DNA from: Vicugna vicugna
Lineage: Eukaryota
Assembly: GCA_013265495.1 (NCBI GenBank)
Contig: MU058478.1
Coordinates: 585,349-649,348, forward strand
Reading direction: 5' to 3'
Length of the DNA stretch: 64,000 nucleotides
A program made the position numbers and the translations under genes. This document shows, piece after piece, positions 24,978 to 37,032 of the stretch. Numbering within the stretch: position 1 is the first letter of the stretch; each line of letters begins with the position of its first letter. Below the pieces are notes generated by a model. It saw nothing but the letters and a program-made list of their open reading frames with translations. It had not been told where the DNA came from and ran no database searches.

Positions 24978-25264
24978 CACAGGAGAGACAAAAACAGGAG
25001 GCTGCTTCGTAAATGACAGACCAGGAGATCATAAACTGAAACGTAAAAACTTGACAAAGACTGATATTTGAGAATGCAGGAGAGTCCTCAAGTTACAAAC
25101 AAAGAGAGGAAAAACAATAAAAATGCAATTCAGCAAAGATCGAAAACAGGCAGATCCTAAAAGGGATACCCAAAAAGCGAACCAGTTCAGAAAAAGATGC
25201 TGACATTCACAGGAAGGTAGACATTTTCAAAGAAAAGTGGCAGAAAGACGTCATTCTGCCAGCC

Positions 25265-25425
25265 ACCTGGATCCAGCTTGCTGGCCAGAACAGGTCGCTG
25301 CCTGCTTTCATAAAGTCCACAGAATGAGCGTTTGTGTTTGAGTGGCTGGGCAGAAACTCAAAAGCAAAAATAAATCTCATGACACGTGAAAGTTACTGCA
25401 ATTTGCATTGCAGGGCCCGTATAAA
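25265..25425. mobile_element. MER58B-like hAT-Charlie fragment
   Basis: GCTGCCTGCTTT...AGAATG...TCAAAAGCAAAAATAAATCTCATGACACGTGAAAGTTA...CAGGGCCCGTATAAA resembles recalled MER58B. Confidence 0.6.
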
Positions 25426-26286
25426 GGGAACGGAAATTAAAAAAAAAAAAAACTTTTTTAAAAGACATTCTGCACCAATCAGCTCGACGAAAGCAAGAGA
25501 AAGATGGTCATAACTTTGGAGGACGATGTGGGCAAATGAGACCGTCCGCAGATCTTTGGTAAGAACGCAACCTCATGCGTCCCCTTTGAGAAGCAGTCAG
25601 GTAGTAATGATGGAGTTGATGTGGGAGCATAGTCTCTGATCCGTGTCCCCCTCCCACAGAGTCACTGGTCCATAAGGTGACACTCGTGGCACAGGTCCTG
25701 GTTTGAGTATTCGTAATGTCCCGAGTTGGAAGCTACTTAAATGTAAATTTGTAAGAAAATTGGCCCCTAAAATGTGATATTTGCATGAAGAGCAGACCAC
25801 GCAAAAATTAAAAGCAATATATTCTGTCTACATATGGCAGCATCGCTGGTCTTAAACCCCTCGGGTTATGCCCAGAAAAAAAGAAAAAGACCGAAGAATG
25901 CCCACAGCACAATTGTGTTTATAAAACTTTTATACGTAGACACCCAAGACACTAACTCATTCATTCAACACAGCGCCGGGTGGCTATTAAAGACTGTACA
26001 CTGTTCTAGGTGCTGGGAGCAAAAAAAAAGAAAAAGAAAAAATGCTTGTCCTGGCAGAACATAGCTTTCCATGGTGGAGACGGAGGACGCACTGAATAAA
26101 TTACATAATGATGGAAAGTGTGAAGGACCCAGGAAAGGGTTGGCCAAGCAAAGATGAAGTGGGAAGTTTTCAGAGTTCATTCCTCCAGCCCCACACCAGA
26201 GGGGAGGTCTTGGGAGATGCCGGGGGATATTTGTCCACATGTGGCTCGCAGGGGAGGAAAATGGGAGACATCAAAAAACCAAACCA

Positions 26287-26458
26287 GGGGGAGGGTGGAG
26301 CTCAGTGATGGAGCATGAGCTTAGCACGCACGAGGTCCTGAGCTCCATCCCCAGTCCCTCCGTTAACAAAAAAGTAAATAAACCTGATCACCTCCCCCCA
26401 CCCAGCTAAAAAAAAATATTTTAAGCCAAAAAAAGGAAGAGGAAGAAAGAAAAAAAAC
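26287..26458 (+). mobile_element. tRNA-derived SINE (Vic-1-like)
   Basis: GGGGGAGGGTGGAGCTCAGTGATGGAGCATGAGCTTAGCACGCACGAGGTCCTG...AAATAAACCTGATCACCTCCCCC followed by an A-rich tail. Confidence 0.9.
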
Positions 26459-27108
26459 TCAGCACGTGGTCATTAAAACTTATCATCAATGGGACAGTCT
26501 CCCATCCCTGGTGGCAGCGTGCGAGTGGATTTTGAAATCAATGGAGTGGGGTCAAGATCTGCATTTTAAAAATGAAAGAGAATGAAAGAGAAGAGATGGG
26601 GGGGGAGAAATTTCTGCATGTGAGGCTGCCTAGCCCTCTTCTTTGAAGAAAGCTTGTGGATTATCTCTCTCCTCCACTCACGCCGAAAGGCAGAAAACCA
26701 CCAAGTCAGTAATACGCTAATTTCTTATCAGGATTAATTATATGTAAATAGGTTTGTAAAGGCCATAAGTAGGTTATTCCAAAGGATGCGTAATCCATAT
26801 CAGAGTGGTTTGAAGAGTTACAAAATACCCTAGTCTTTCCGTAATGCCTAGTTTTTTATTTTGTTTTCTGTTTTTTATCACTCTGCAAGCCGCCACCACC
26901 ACTAAAGTCACACCCACAGCGGAGAAACTTCATCTGAAAGATCAGACCTTCTCATTCTTCATCATGGGAGGATTCCCACCATGGCTTGTGACAGATGCTG
27001 TGATTTCTGCTGAGTTTTGGTTTGTAAAAAAAATACTTAACTGACCTCAAAACTGGAAAATCTGCAACATACTAAGTGCCCCAGATAAAATAGGGGTCCT
27101 GTCTTTTT

Positions 27109-27863
27109 TTTAAATTGAGTTTTAGTCTGTTTACAATGTTGTGTCAGTTTCTGGTGCACAGCACAGTGCTTCCGTCACACATGAATATTCATACATTCAT
27201 TTTCATATTCTTTTTCACTGTGAGCTACTATAAGCTATTGAATATGTTTCCCTGTGCTCTACAGTATAAACTTGTTTATCAATTTTACATACACCAGTCA
27301 GTATCTGTAAATCTTGAACTCCCAGTCTGTCCCTTCCTACCTCTCCATCCTGGCAACCACAAGTCTGTATTCTATGTCTATGAGTCTATTCTGTTTTATA
27401 TATAAGCTCATTTGTCTTCTTTTTTTTTTAGATTCCACATATGAGCGATCTCATATGGTATTTTTCTTTCTCTCTCTGGCTTACTTCACTTAGAATGACA
27501 TTCTCCAGGAGCATCCATGTTGCTCCAAATGGCATTATGTTGTCAGTTTTCATGGCTGAGTAGTATTCCATTGTATAAATACACCACCTCTTCTTTATCC
27601 AGTCACCTGTCGATGGACATTTAGGCTGTTTCCATGTCTTGGCTATTGTAAACAGTGCTGCTATGAACACTGGGGTGCAGGTGTCATCCTGAAGTAGGGT
27701 TCCCTCTGGATATGTGCCCAGGAGTGGGATGGCTGGATCGCATGGTAAGTCTATTTTTAGTTTTTTGAGGAATCTCCATACTGTTTTCCACAGTGGCTGC
27801 ACCAAACTGCACACCCACCAGCAGTGTAGGAGGGCTCCCTTTTCTCCTCAGCCTCTCCAGCAG
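27109..27863 (-). mobile_element. 5'-truncated L1 (ORF2 C-terminus plus 3' UTR) with TSD
   Basis: ORF 27428-27814(-) [30 protein letters not shown]...WKQPKCPS...YTMEYYSA is L1 ORF2p. TSD CTGTCTTTTT at 27099-27108 and 27864-27873. Confidence 0.95.
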
Positions 27864-29309
27864 CTGTCTTTTTATTAAAATATATATATATTTTTGAGCA
27901 TAAATATATATATTGAGCATGCGTCTCATGGATACACACATACGTATGAGTATTGTGTCACCATGTAAGGTGTATTTACACTGTCAGTTGTTCAAAACGT
28001 ACTGCTGGAGGAGATGTAAAGATTGAGGGCACTGGTCCCTAAATTCTTGGACAGACAGCATCCCTTAGCATGCTGGGAGATGGACGAACTCAAAGGCGGC
28101 AGCGTCTGGAACAGCCCTCTCCCTCCCACCCCCCAAAATGGCATCCCCAAAATGCAGTTTGAGCTCATGCTTCTAAACGCCTTTAACATTGGTTTATACT
28201 CTTCATGCTGTAAATGCTGCATTTTCCATATTTGGTTTAAATCGAAGTGCAGTCAATTACCACGCATCAGTTTCTGGCGTGCAGCGTAATGGTCTCATCG
28301 CTTCTGAATTTTCTCTGGAATCCATTTTATGATTAAAAAATACTGCTAGAAAAACAATTTCTAAGGGTTTTCTTTTTTTTTTCCTTTCCTTCCTGCAGAT
28401 ACTAGCTGAGTCCATCTGTGCAAGTTGACCTGAGTTGAAGCAGCCGTACATGGAATTGTTCGGTGCTATGTGTAGAAGCTCGTGGGCTGGGTTTCTTTGT
28501 CAGTCCCATACTTTGTTTTCCACTGTCCTTCAGACAACACAGGGACACCCAGTGGGTTAGTCAGCACTGAAGTGGACCTATTCTGAAGTTAGATTCAGGG
28601 GGAAAAAAAAAAAAAAGGAACAAAATGTGTATTATCTCTCAAAGGCTTTTTGCCATTCTAAATAATTCCATCAGAGAAGTAACAGCAGTTTAACCCTGAT
28701 TCCTCCCCTTTTGCAACGTGATAATATTTCCTGCTGAAAATTACCTTCCACGTACACTCACATTTCCATACGGAACATTCTAGAATTCTGCAGATCGGAT
28801 CACACTGATGATTTTTATGAGTTATACCTGCATTTCACTTCCTCCTTTTCGAGACGGAAAATGCAGCATCCGTGTGGCTGGAACCTACTTATGCAAATCT
28901 CCATCCTGGTTACTCCATTGTAGACTTTTTTTTTTTTTTTTAAGGATTCGGCTCATTTCCATTGAGTGTTAAACTACTAAAAATATGCATTGCAGATTGT
29001 CTTTTAATATCGCAGCAGAAGCGAAGCACCCAGGCATTTACGCACACCCACCCCAGCCCAGCACTCACTGCCTGGACACTGAGCCGGCTGTGCCCCGTAT
29101 TTTATGGGGAACCCCGTGTAAATCCCAGTCACCTGTGTGACACTTGCAGGCTCCAGACGGAGATCCAGCACAGTGGCTAAATCTATCTTGGAAACAACAT
29201 TACAGTACTTAGAAAGAGTCAGAAATTTTGAGGGCAGCAGGAAATCTGGAAAGCTGGAAGAAAATTCAGAGTCAAAGAAAAGATCAGCATTAAAAAAAGG
29301 AAAAAATTT

Positions 29310-29456
29310 GGGGTGGAGGGTGTCGCTCAGTGGCAGCATGAGGTCCTGGGTTCTGTTACAAATAAGTAAATATCTAATTACCTCCCCCTTGAAAAGATAA
29401 TAAAATATAAGCTTAAAATAGTCTATTAAAAAATTAAAAAAATTACAAAAAAAAAA
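29310..29456 (+). mobile_element. internally deleted tRNA-derived SINE (Vic-1-like)
   Basis: GGAGGGTGTCGCTCAGTGGCAG/CATGAGGTCCTGGGTTC/...TAAATATCTAATTACCTCCCCC with an A-rich tail. Two segments present in other copies are missing. Confidence 0.85.
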
Positions 29457-32400
29457 GTCAATTATGTCATGCAACTGAAAATGCAAAGGGAGCGAGACAC
29501 AGAGCAAGACACCTTCAGGAGATACACGTGTCCCCAGGGCTTCAGGGGCTGGTGGCCGGCACTGGAACCCCAGTCCCTTCAAGTGCACTCTCTCCTCCTC
29601 CTGGACTTCACTGAAAGCTGTCTTTTCCCCCAGGAAGGCAGACGTTTAAAGAAAAGATAACAGATTATCACATGGACCCCTCCAGCTGAGCCAACCAGGC
29701 ACCCGAGGAGGGGTGAGTTTCCCAGTTTACCTCCACACCTGGGAAATCTCTCTCCTTTGCTGAAATCCTGATGCAAAGGCATCTGGATGCGAAGTCCCTG
29801 ACCTCGCCACTCCCCACACCATCCCATTCAGCCTTCATCTCTGCTTCACCTTCACGTCCAGCAATCAGACAGCAAGACTTTGATACGAATGCACGCTAAC
29901 TTCCCAGCCACGTGGTTGCAGTTCCCCGACACTCCCCCTGCCAGTGACCCTCAGATTCCCAGCCCAGCGGTCACCCTGTGGTCCGTGATTTGTCATCCCC
30001 TGCAGGTGAGCCCCGCCTGGAGTCCGAAGTCCCAGGGTCGTGCTGCCATCAGTCTCTGAATCTCCAGCCTGCTCACCTCCATGTTTCCATGGCTTCTCTG
30101 GGTTCATCCAGTCCTCCAGCCCTTGACCCTTCCATGTTTGCAGTCCATCCAGCCCTCACTGGTCCCACTATTTTATATTAAAAAAAATAAAAGTGGACCC
30201 TCATAGTCCATCCCGAGAACCACACTTTTGCCAACACATAAGTCATTTCCCCTTGTCCTGTCCCCACATGCCTCCACCTTCACCATTTAATCATTCACTG
30301 TTTGCCCTGCAGCTCTGACGCCTAATGATATAGAGTTACACACAAATGTTGTCACAAGAGAGCGTTTCCTTCCAGACTCAAAAGTAGCCATCACTTCATT
30401 TGCATCTCCCTCAGAGGCTTCCATTCCCCTATTTGACTCACTGGCTACTTTAAATATACATGATATCCCTTCAGTTGCCTTTTAATCTCTTTATCTGAGA
30501 GGCAGATCCACATTTGCAATGTCAAAAATAAAACAGAGGATCAAGGGGTTGCTACGTACAGGTGTGCAGGTTGTGTACTGTACAAAGGCAACCACTGAGG
30601 GGCAGAGCGAAAACTAAAACCCAGTCTCGACTGAGGCACAGAGCTGCCACTGTTTGTACATTTGTCTGATGCAAGAGGGAGTTCTTTGGCCCTTGGCCCA
30701 CCCAGAGGAGATCCCATTTTTTATAATGTATGCAATTTCGCATCAGGCATTAATTTTTTCTCATCTCATGCCACCACATACACAGACACACATACACTTC
30801 ATCATTTCCATCAACATCTTCTCCTTCTTCTCAGCGAAGGTCGAACATCTTCTCATTTTGATTTTTCTACTCCCTGTGTTCTTTGCCTTGTCACCTTGAC
30901 CTTCGTCTGGAACCTCGCTCCAGGTTCCCATCACCTCAGCATTTGTTTGGACATTCAATGAGGCGGGGAACATCCATGCTCTATCTTAATTCTATTTTAA
31001 TTGCTGAAGACTTACAATCTGGGACAAGCATTTTACCCACAGGAACCTTAGAGGGGCCAATTCTCCACACCAGATATGTTCTGTTGCCTTTAGCATCTGG
31101 GTTCGCCAGAGAATCGCATCTCCCTGGGGAGCTCATGTCAGAAAAAAAATGTTACATGTTGGCAATTCCTACTCCCCTGTTTTCTTAAGAAAGTGCAAAA
31201 AAAAAAAAAGTACATCAGGACAAAAACAGCAAGCTTGTCACAAATATTTCTGCCATTAATTGAAACTATTTAATAACTATGGCATCTGAAAGATCACATC
31301 CAATCTCAAGCTTTTAACAATTCTAATAATTCCAATTGCCTGCTTTTTTTTTTTAATTCTCCATCTGTTACATGTGTGTATCTGTCTAGAAATCACTTGA
31401 GGCAGAAGACACTGAAACGTTAGCCATTAATCTTGCACATTAATTTACAGAGACAGCCCTGGGCTTCTTTACTGCTTTGCAAATTCTGAATTTTTCCCTC
31501 CAGGAAAGCAGGGACCAAAACAAAAGGGAGACCCTTTGGAAGCAAAGCGCTAGCAAGCATGGGGACCTTTCTCTTCCTAGCAAACATTGATTTTCTCTCC
31601 CTCCATGGAGTCCCTCTGGGAGAAGCAGAAAGGAGAGATTTTCCTTCCTTGGCGGTTTCCAGTTCTTATATATTTTTTCCTCTGATAAGATCACCAGCCC
31701 CAAGTCATGTCACAGCCTCTCTGTTTAGAGGGTGATCCCCTCCTTGCGCGGGTTCCTGGGAACGCATCTCCACGTAGACCAGCTGGGTAGGGAATTCTGC
31801 AACGGAGAGCTCAGCAGAACTGGGGTCTGTTAAAAATGTACGTTCTGAGTAAATATTTCAAATTAGCTGCTTCTTTTGAGTATGGCATCTGTCTTCTAAG
31901 TATTGGACACAAAGTGTATTATATTTAAGTCCACCTAGGGATTCAGGATGCCCTCCATCCTGAGCCAAAAGACACCCAGCACCCCAATTGCAACCATCAT
32001 CAGAGCATTAGTATCATTACGACCTGCCTGGTTTCTAAAAAGTATGGTCAAAACTGACTTCACTGCAGCCGTTTCTTCTTCTGAAACTGTTATTCTGTGG
32101 ATAAAGCAGAAATAGAACTTGGAAAGAAGCCATTGATTTTTCCAGATAAGTCCTTTTTTCCCCCTCTTTTTTGGCACCATTGTTCTTATTGCAAAGTAGG
32201 GTGGTGGGGAAAATAAATCAGAAAACAATGGATTTTCAACCTAGCCCTGCTATGTAATATTGCGGAAAATTTATTTAACCTTTCTGAGATGCACTTTGGA
32301 AAAAAAAAATCAAAGAATAGCCTTCGTTTCCTTATAAATTAAATTTGAGGATGAAATGCAATAATGATTCATGTAAACCTTCCAACAGAGAAATAGATAA

Positions 32401-33814
32401 TTTATTTATGTATTCGTCAAATGGAGGAATAGATAATCTTATTTGTCTTATAACTTTTTTTCATCTTGTTTCTATTTAAGAATATTTTGGGGAATGGATG
32501 TAGCTCTTTCTTCATTGAATCTCCTTTGGTGACTTAAGATCATGATGCTGTGGGCGGGGCATGCAGCCACGTTGGACCTCGGCTAGGGTGACATAAGGAC
32601 TCAGCTGTCAGGATGAGCAGGGACAAAGCCAGCCTTCCCCTGGGATGTCCCACTACCCAGACTAACAGCCGATGCACTCATTGACTCCGGACAGTGCATC
32701 GTAATCAAAAAGACGTTATCTTTGGGGACAAAGTGTTGGCCCCACTATTCCTACATCATCTTGGCCATGTGGCTTCACTTCTCTGCGTTTCTATTTCTTC
32801 CAGGGCTCTAAGGAGTTGGTGAGAAGTAATGTCTGAGTTTCTGGATGAAAACCTATGTGAAAACTTTACACCAGTGCCCAGAGTTTACGTCCCCAGTCAA
32901 CGCCAGACGTTGTCACTGTCAACTGCGTTCATCTCTGCTTTACTTTGATTTTTTTTACCCCAAATCAGCTTCACTCCAGGTCTTCCCCTTCTGAATCTGT
33001 AGTTCACCTGCCACAGACACACACACACACACCTCACATACAACACACACACGCACATCTGCCTTGTGACAGATTCAGACTCAAGTTCCCTATGAGCAAG
33101 CCATTCCATCAGACCGGGGAGCCTCAATGCCGTGTGTAGACCAGCCAGCCATGTCCCAGGACGTGAGGTCCGGGTGCCCATCTGCCCCGAAGCTGCAGGC
33201 TCCACTCGGCATGTGAGATGGGGCCACGCATCCCATAGGAATGTGCCATGCCCCGTCCCCGCACGTTCCCTGGTACCCCCACTTCCTCCAGGTCTGGAAA
33301 GGAGTCTGATTGCCATGGCAGCCTCCTGCCTTGTTAGAATTTTGCTGGCTCTCCTCTGTGCTGGACCGTCACCCTTATAGCTCAACTCAAGTCTTGCAAT
33401 CCTGCCATCTGGGAAAAATCTCTTTGATGGAGACTCAGTTAGGTCATGAAGACCTCTCTTTGGGATTCCCCGCCATGCCAATGAACTGCTGGCTGCTGGG
33501 GTCACCAGTGAACCCAACACAGACTCAGAATGTTGCATCTCGGATTCTTTTTTGTGGGAGATCCTCAGAGGAAAGACTTTGGGGAGTGGCCGAAGTTGTC
33601 ATACTTCTACTGACGGAACCACCTTATTTCCCATGGGGCTACTCAGCTTGTCCCCCAGCTGATGAGGTTGAAAAGATAAATGTTATTCACAGATTTTTTA
33701 ATCGTATTTCTTCATATTTGACAAATTGCTAAATATGAACATTTACTGAACATTACCAGGATTTACCGAGCCTTCTCCATCCTCAGAATTGTGGCCTGAA
33801 TTATAACATCTGTG

Positions 33815-36800
33815 CAGATATATGCCATCTTCTTCTGCCTTGTTTTCTTGAGCTTCACAGATAATGCCTTTTTTTTACAAACTCAAGTTGTGTTCAACCT
33901 TTGTAGAGCGAGTCTGTCGGCACCTACTTTTCCAACATTTGCCCACTTTGTGTCTCTGTATCACCATTCGGTCATCCTACCAATATTTCCAACATTTTCA
34001 TTATTAATACATTTGTTAGGATGATCTGTGATGAGTGATCGTTGACATCGCTGTTGTAATAATTTAGGTGTCACGAGCCACACTCATAGAAGGCTGAGAA
34101 CTCAACTGATAAATATTGTGTGGGTTCTGATTCCCCCGCAGACCAGCCATTTCCCCAACCCTCTCCCCTCCGCCTCGGGCTCCCCTAGTCCTTGAGACAC
34201 AACATTGCATTAGGCCAGTCGATAACCCCACAGTGGCCTCCAAGTGTTCAAGTCAATGGGCTGCCCATCTCTCGTGTTAAATCAAAAGCCGGAAGTGATT
34301 CATCTCAGCGAGGAAAGTATGTCGGAAGCCAAGACACACCGAACAGTTGGCCAAGCTGTGAACGCAAAGGAAAAGTTCTTGAAGGAAATTAAACGTGCTG
34401 CTCCCAGTGAACCCACACATGATAAGAAAGGTTAACAGCCCCATTGCTGGTCTGGAGAAGGGCGCAGTGGTCTGCACAGAAGGTCAAACCAGCTTCCAGC
34501 CAGAACCTAATCCAAAACAGCCCCCTTTCAATTTTTCGAAGGCTGAGAGAGGTGAGGATTCTGCGGGAGGAAGTCTGAAGCCAGCAGGGGTTGGCTCATG
34601 AGGATGAAGGAGAGAAGCCGTCTCCACGACATCAAAGTGCAGGCGGAGCAGCAAGCGGAAGACACGGCAGGTCCTCCAGAAGACGTAGCTCAGACAGTAT
34701 GTACAGACGGCCACGCTGAACAACAGATTTTTCAGTGCAGACAAAGAGCCTTTGACTGAAGGAACGCGTCACCTCGGGCTTTCATAGCCGCAGTGCAAAC
34801 ATCAATCCGTGGCTTCCAAGCTTCCAAAGTCAGGCTGACTCTCCTGGTAGGGGCGAATGCAGCTGGTGACTAAATTGAAACCAATGCTCATGGACCACTT
34901 GGAAAATCCTAGGGACCTTAAGAATGGTGCTTGGTCCCCTCTCTCTGTTTATAGCATGACTTACTGAATATTTTAAGTCTACCATTGAGACCTGCTGCCC
35001 AGAACCAAAGACTCCTCCCGAAATGTGACTGCTCATTGACAAGGTATCTGGTCACCTAAGACCTTTGATGGACATACAATGAGATTAATGTCATTTTCAT
35101 TCCTGCTAACATAAGATTCATTTTTGTGGCCAGTGGATCAAGGAGTGATAAAGACTGTCAAGTCTTACGATTTAAGAAACGCATGTATTAAGGCTACCAT
35201 GGATGGTGATTACACTGATTGGGAATGAGTCTGGGCAAAGTCAACTGAAACCCTTCTGGAAGGAAGCCACCATTCTGGATGCCATGAAGGACATTTGTGA
35301 GTCACGGGAAGAGCTCAACGTGCCGCCGTTAACAGCAATTTGAAAGAAATTGACTCCAACCAGCATGGTTGACTTTGAGGCATCCGAGACTCCAGTGGAG
35401 GAAGTCACTGCAGACGTGGTGGAAACAGCAAGAGACAAATAGGTTTAGAAATGAGGCCAGAAGATGGGACTGAATTCTACAATGTCATGATGCATCTGGA
35501 ACCAATGAGACATTGCTTCTTACGGATGAGCAAGGAAAGTGGTTTCCTGAGATGATTCTTCTCCTGGCAAAGATGCTGTGAAGATGGCTGAAATGACACC
35601 AGAAGATTCAGGAAAATGACATAAAGTGGAGGCAGGGATGAAAAGGACTGACTCTAATTTTGAAAGAAATATGACAGTGGATAAAATGTGCTGAAACAGC
35701 ACTGCCTGCTACAGAGAAATCCTGTGTGAAAGGAGGAGACCATGAAGGCGGTAACCTTCACTGTCATCTTTATATTAAGAATTTGCCACAGTCACCCCCA
35801 GACTTCAGGAGCCACCATCCTGATCAGCCAGCAGTCCTCAACCTCGAGGCAAGACCCTCCACCCATGAAATGATTGACTCACTGAATGCTCAGATGATGG
35901 TTAGCATTCTTTTAGCTATAAAGTATTTTTATTTAAGGCACTTACTTTTTTTTTAGATAATGCTATTGCACACTTAATAGACTACAGTATAAGGAACAGA
36001 CTTACCATGTGACCCAGGAATCCCATTCCTGGGCATATATCCAGAGGGAACCCTACTTCAAAAAGACACCTGCACCCCAATGTTCATAGCAGCACTATTT
36101 ACAACAGCCAAGACATGGAGACAGCCTAAATGTCCATTGACAGATGGCTGGATAAAGAAGCTGTGGTATATTTATACAATGGAATACTACTCAGCCATAA
36201 AAATGACAACATAACGCCATTTGCAGCAACATGGATGTCCCTGGAGAATGTCATTCTAAGTGAAGTAAGCCAGAAAGAGAAAGAAAAATACCATATGAGA
36301 TCACTCATATGTGGAATCTAAAAAAAAAAAAAGAAAAGAAAGAAAGAAAAGAAAAGAAAAGAAAGAAAGAAAAGAAAAAGACAAATGAACATAAATACAA
36401 AACAGAAACAGACTCAGACATAGAATATAAACTTGTGGTTGCCAGCGGGGAGGGGTGGGGAGGGACAGACTGGGAGTTTGAGATTTGTAGCCACTGACAG
36501 GTGTATACAGAATAGACAAACAAGATTATACTGTGCAGCACAGGGAAATATATACAAGATCTTGTGGTAGCTCACAGCGAAAAAGAATGTGACAATGAAT
36601 CAATGTATGTATGTTCATGTATGACTGAAAAATTGTGCTCTACACTGGAATTTGACACAACATTGTAAACTGACTGTAACTCCATAAAATAAAATTTTGA
36701 AAAATTAGACTACAGTATAGTGTAAACGTGACTTTTACATGCACTGAGAAATGCCAAAAAAAAAAATCATGTGAATTATGTCATTGTGATATTTGCTTCA

Positions 36801-36847
36801 TAGTGATGGTCTGGAACCAAACCTACAACATCTTTGAGGTTGGACTC
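33815..36847 (+). mobile_element. near full-length Tigger1 (TcMar) DNA transposon with decayed transposase, interrupted by an L1
   Basis: Both ends resemble Tigger1 termini. Fragments LNQKPEVIHLSEESMSEA...VNAKEKFLKEIK and PVNPHMIRKVNSPIAGLEK...KAERGED match Tigger1 transposase. About 2.3 kb once the L1 is removed; many stops and frameshifts. Confidence 0.93.
35992..36705 (+). mobile_element. 5'-truncated L1 nested in Tigger1
   Basis: L1 ORF2 end (PFAATWMSLENVILSEVSQKEKEKYHMRSLICGI) plus 3' UTR. Perfect 14-bp TSD TAGACTACAGTATA at 35978-35991 and 36706-36719. Confidence 0.96.
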
Positions 36848-36899
36848 TGATTACTTTCAAAACTCCTCCTCACTTTTTCTTTATTTGAAAATAATCAAT

Positions 36900-37032
36900 A
36901 ATGTTTTTGTATTTACTATGTGCCCTGCCCACAACAATTCTAAGAGCCTTACACAAATTACCTCATTTTATCCTCATGAAAAATACATGCAGGAAATCCA
37001 GAATAGTCCCTGTTTTACAGACAAGCAAAACT
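36900..37032 (-). mobile_element. MIR SINE fragment
   Basis: TTTACTATGTGCC...TTCTAAGAGCCTTACACAAATTACCTCATTTTATCCTCA...CCCTGTTTTACAGAC is the MIR core. Confidence 0.7.

Noticed and set aside
32897..33538. 213-aa minus-strand ORF
   Set aside because: Runs through a (CA)n tract that yields CVCV repeats and has no recognisable protein motif.
34244..35760. Domesticated Tigger transposase gene (TIGD1-like)
   Set aside because: Many stops, frameshifts and deletions leave only short in-frame fragments.
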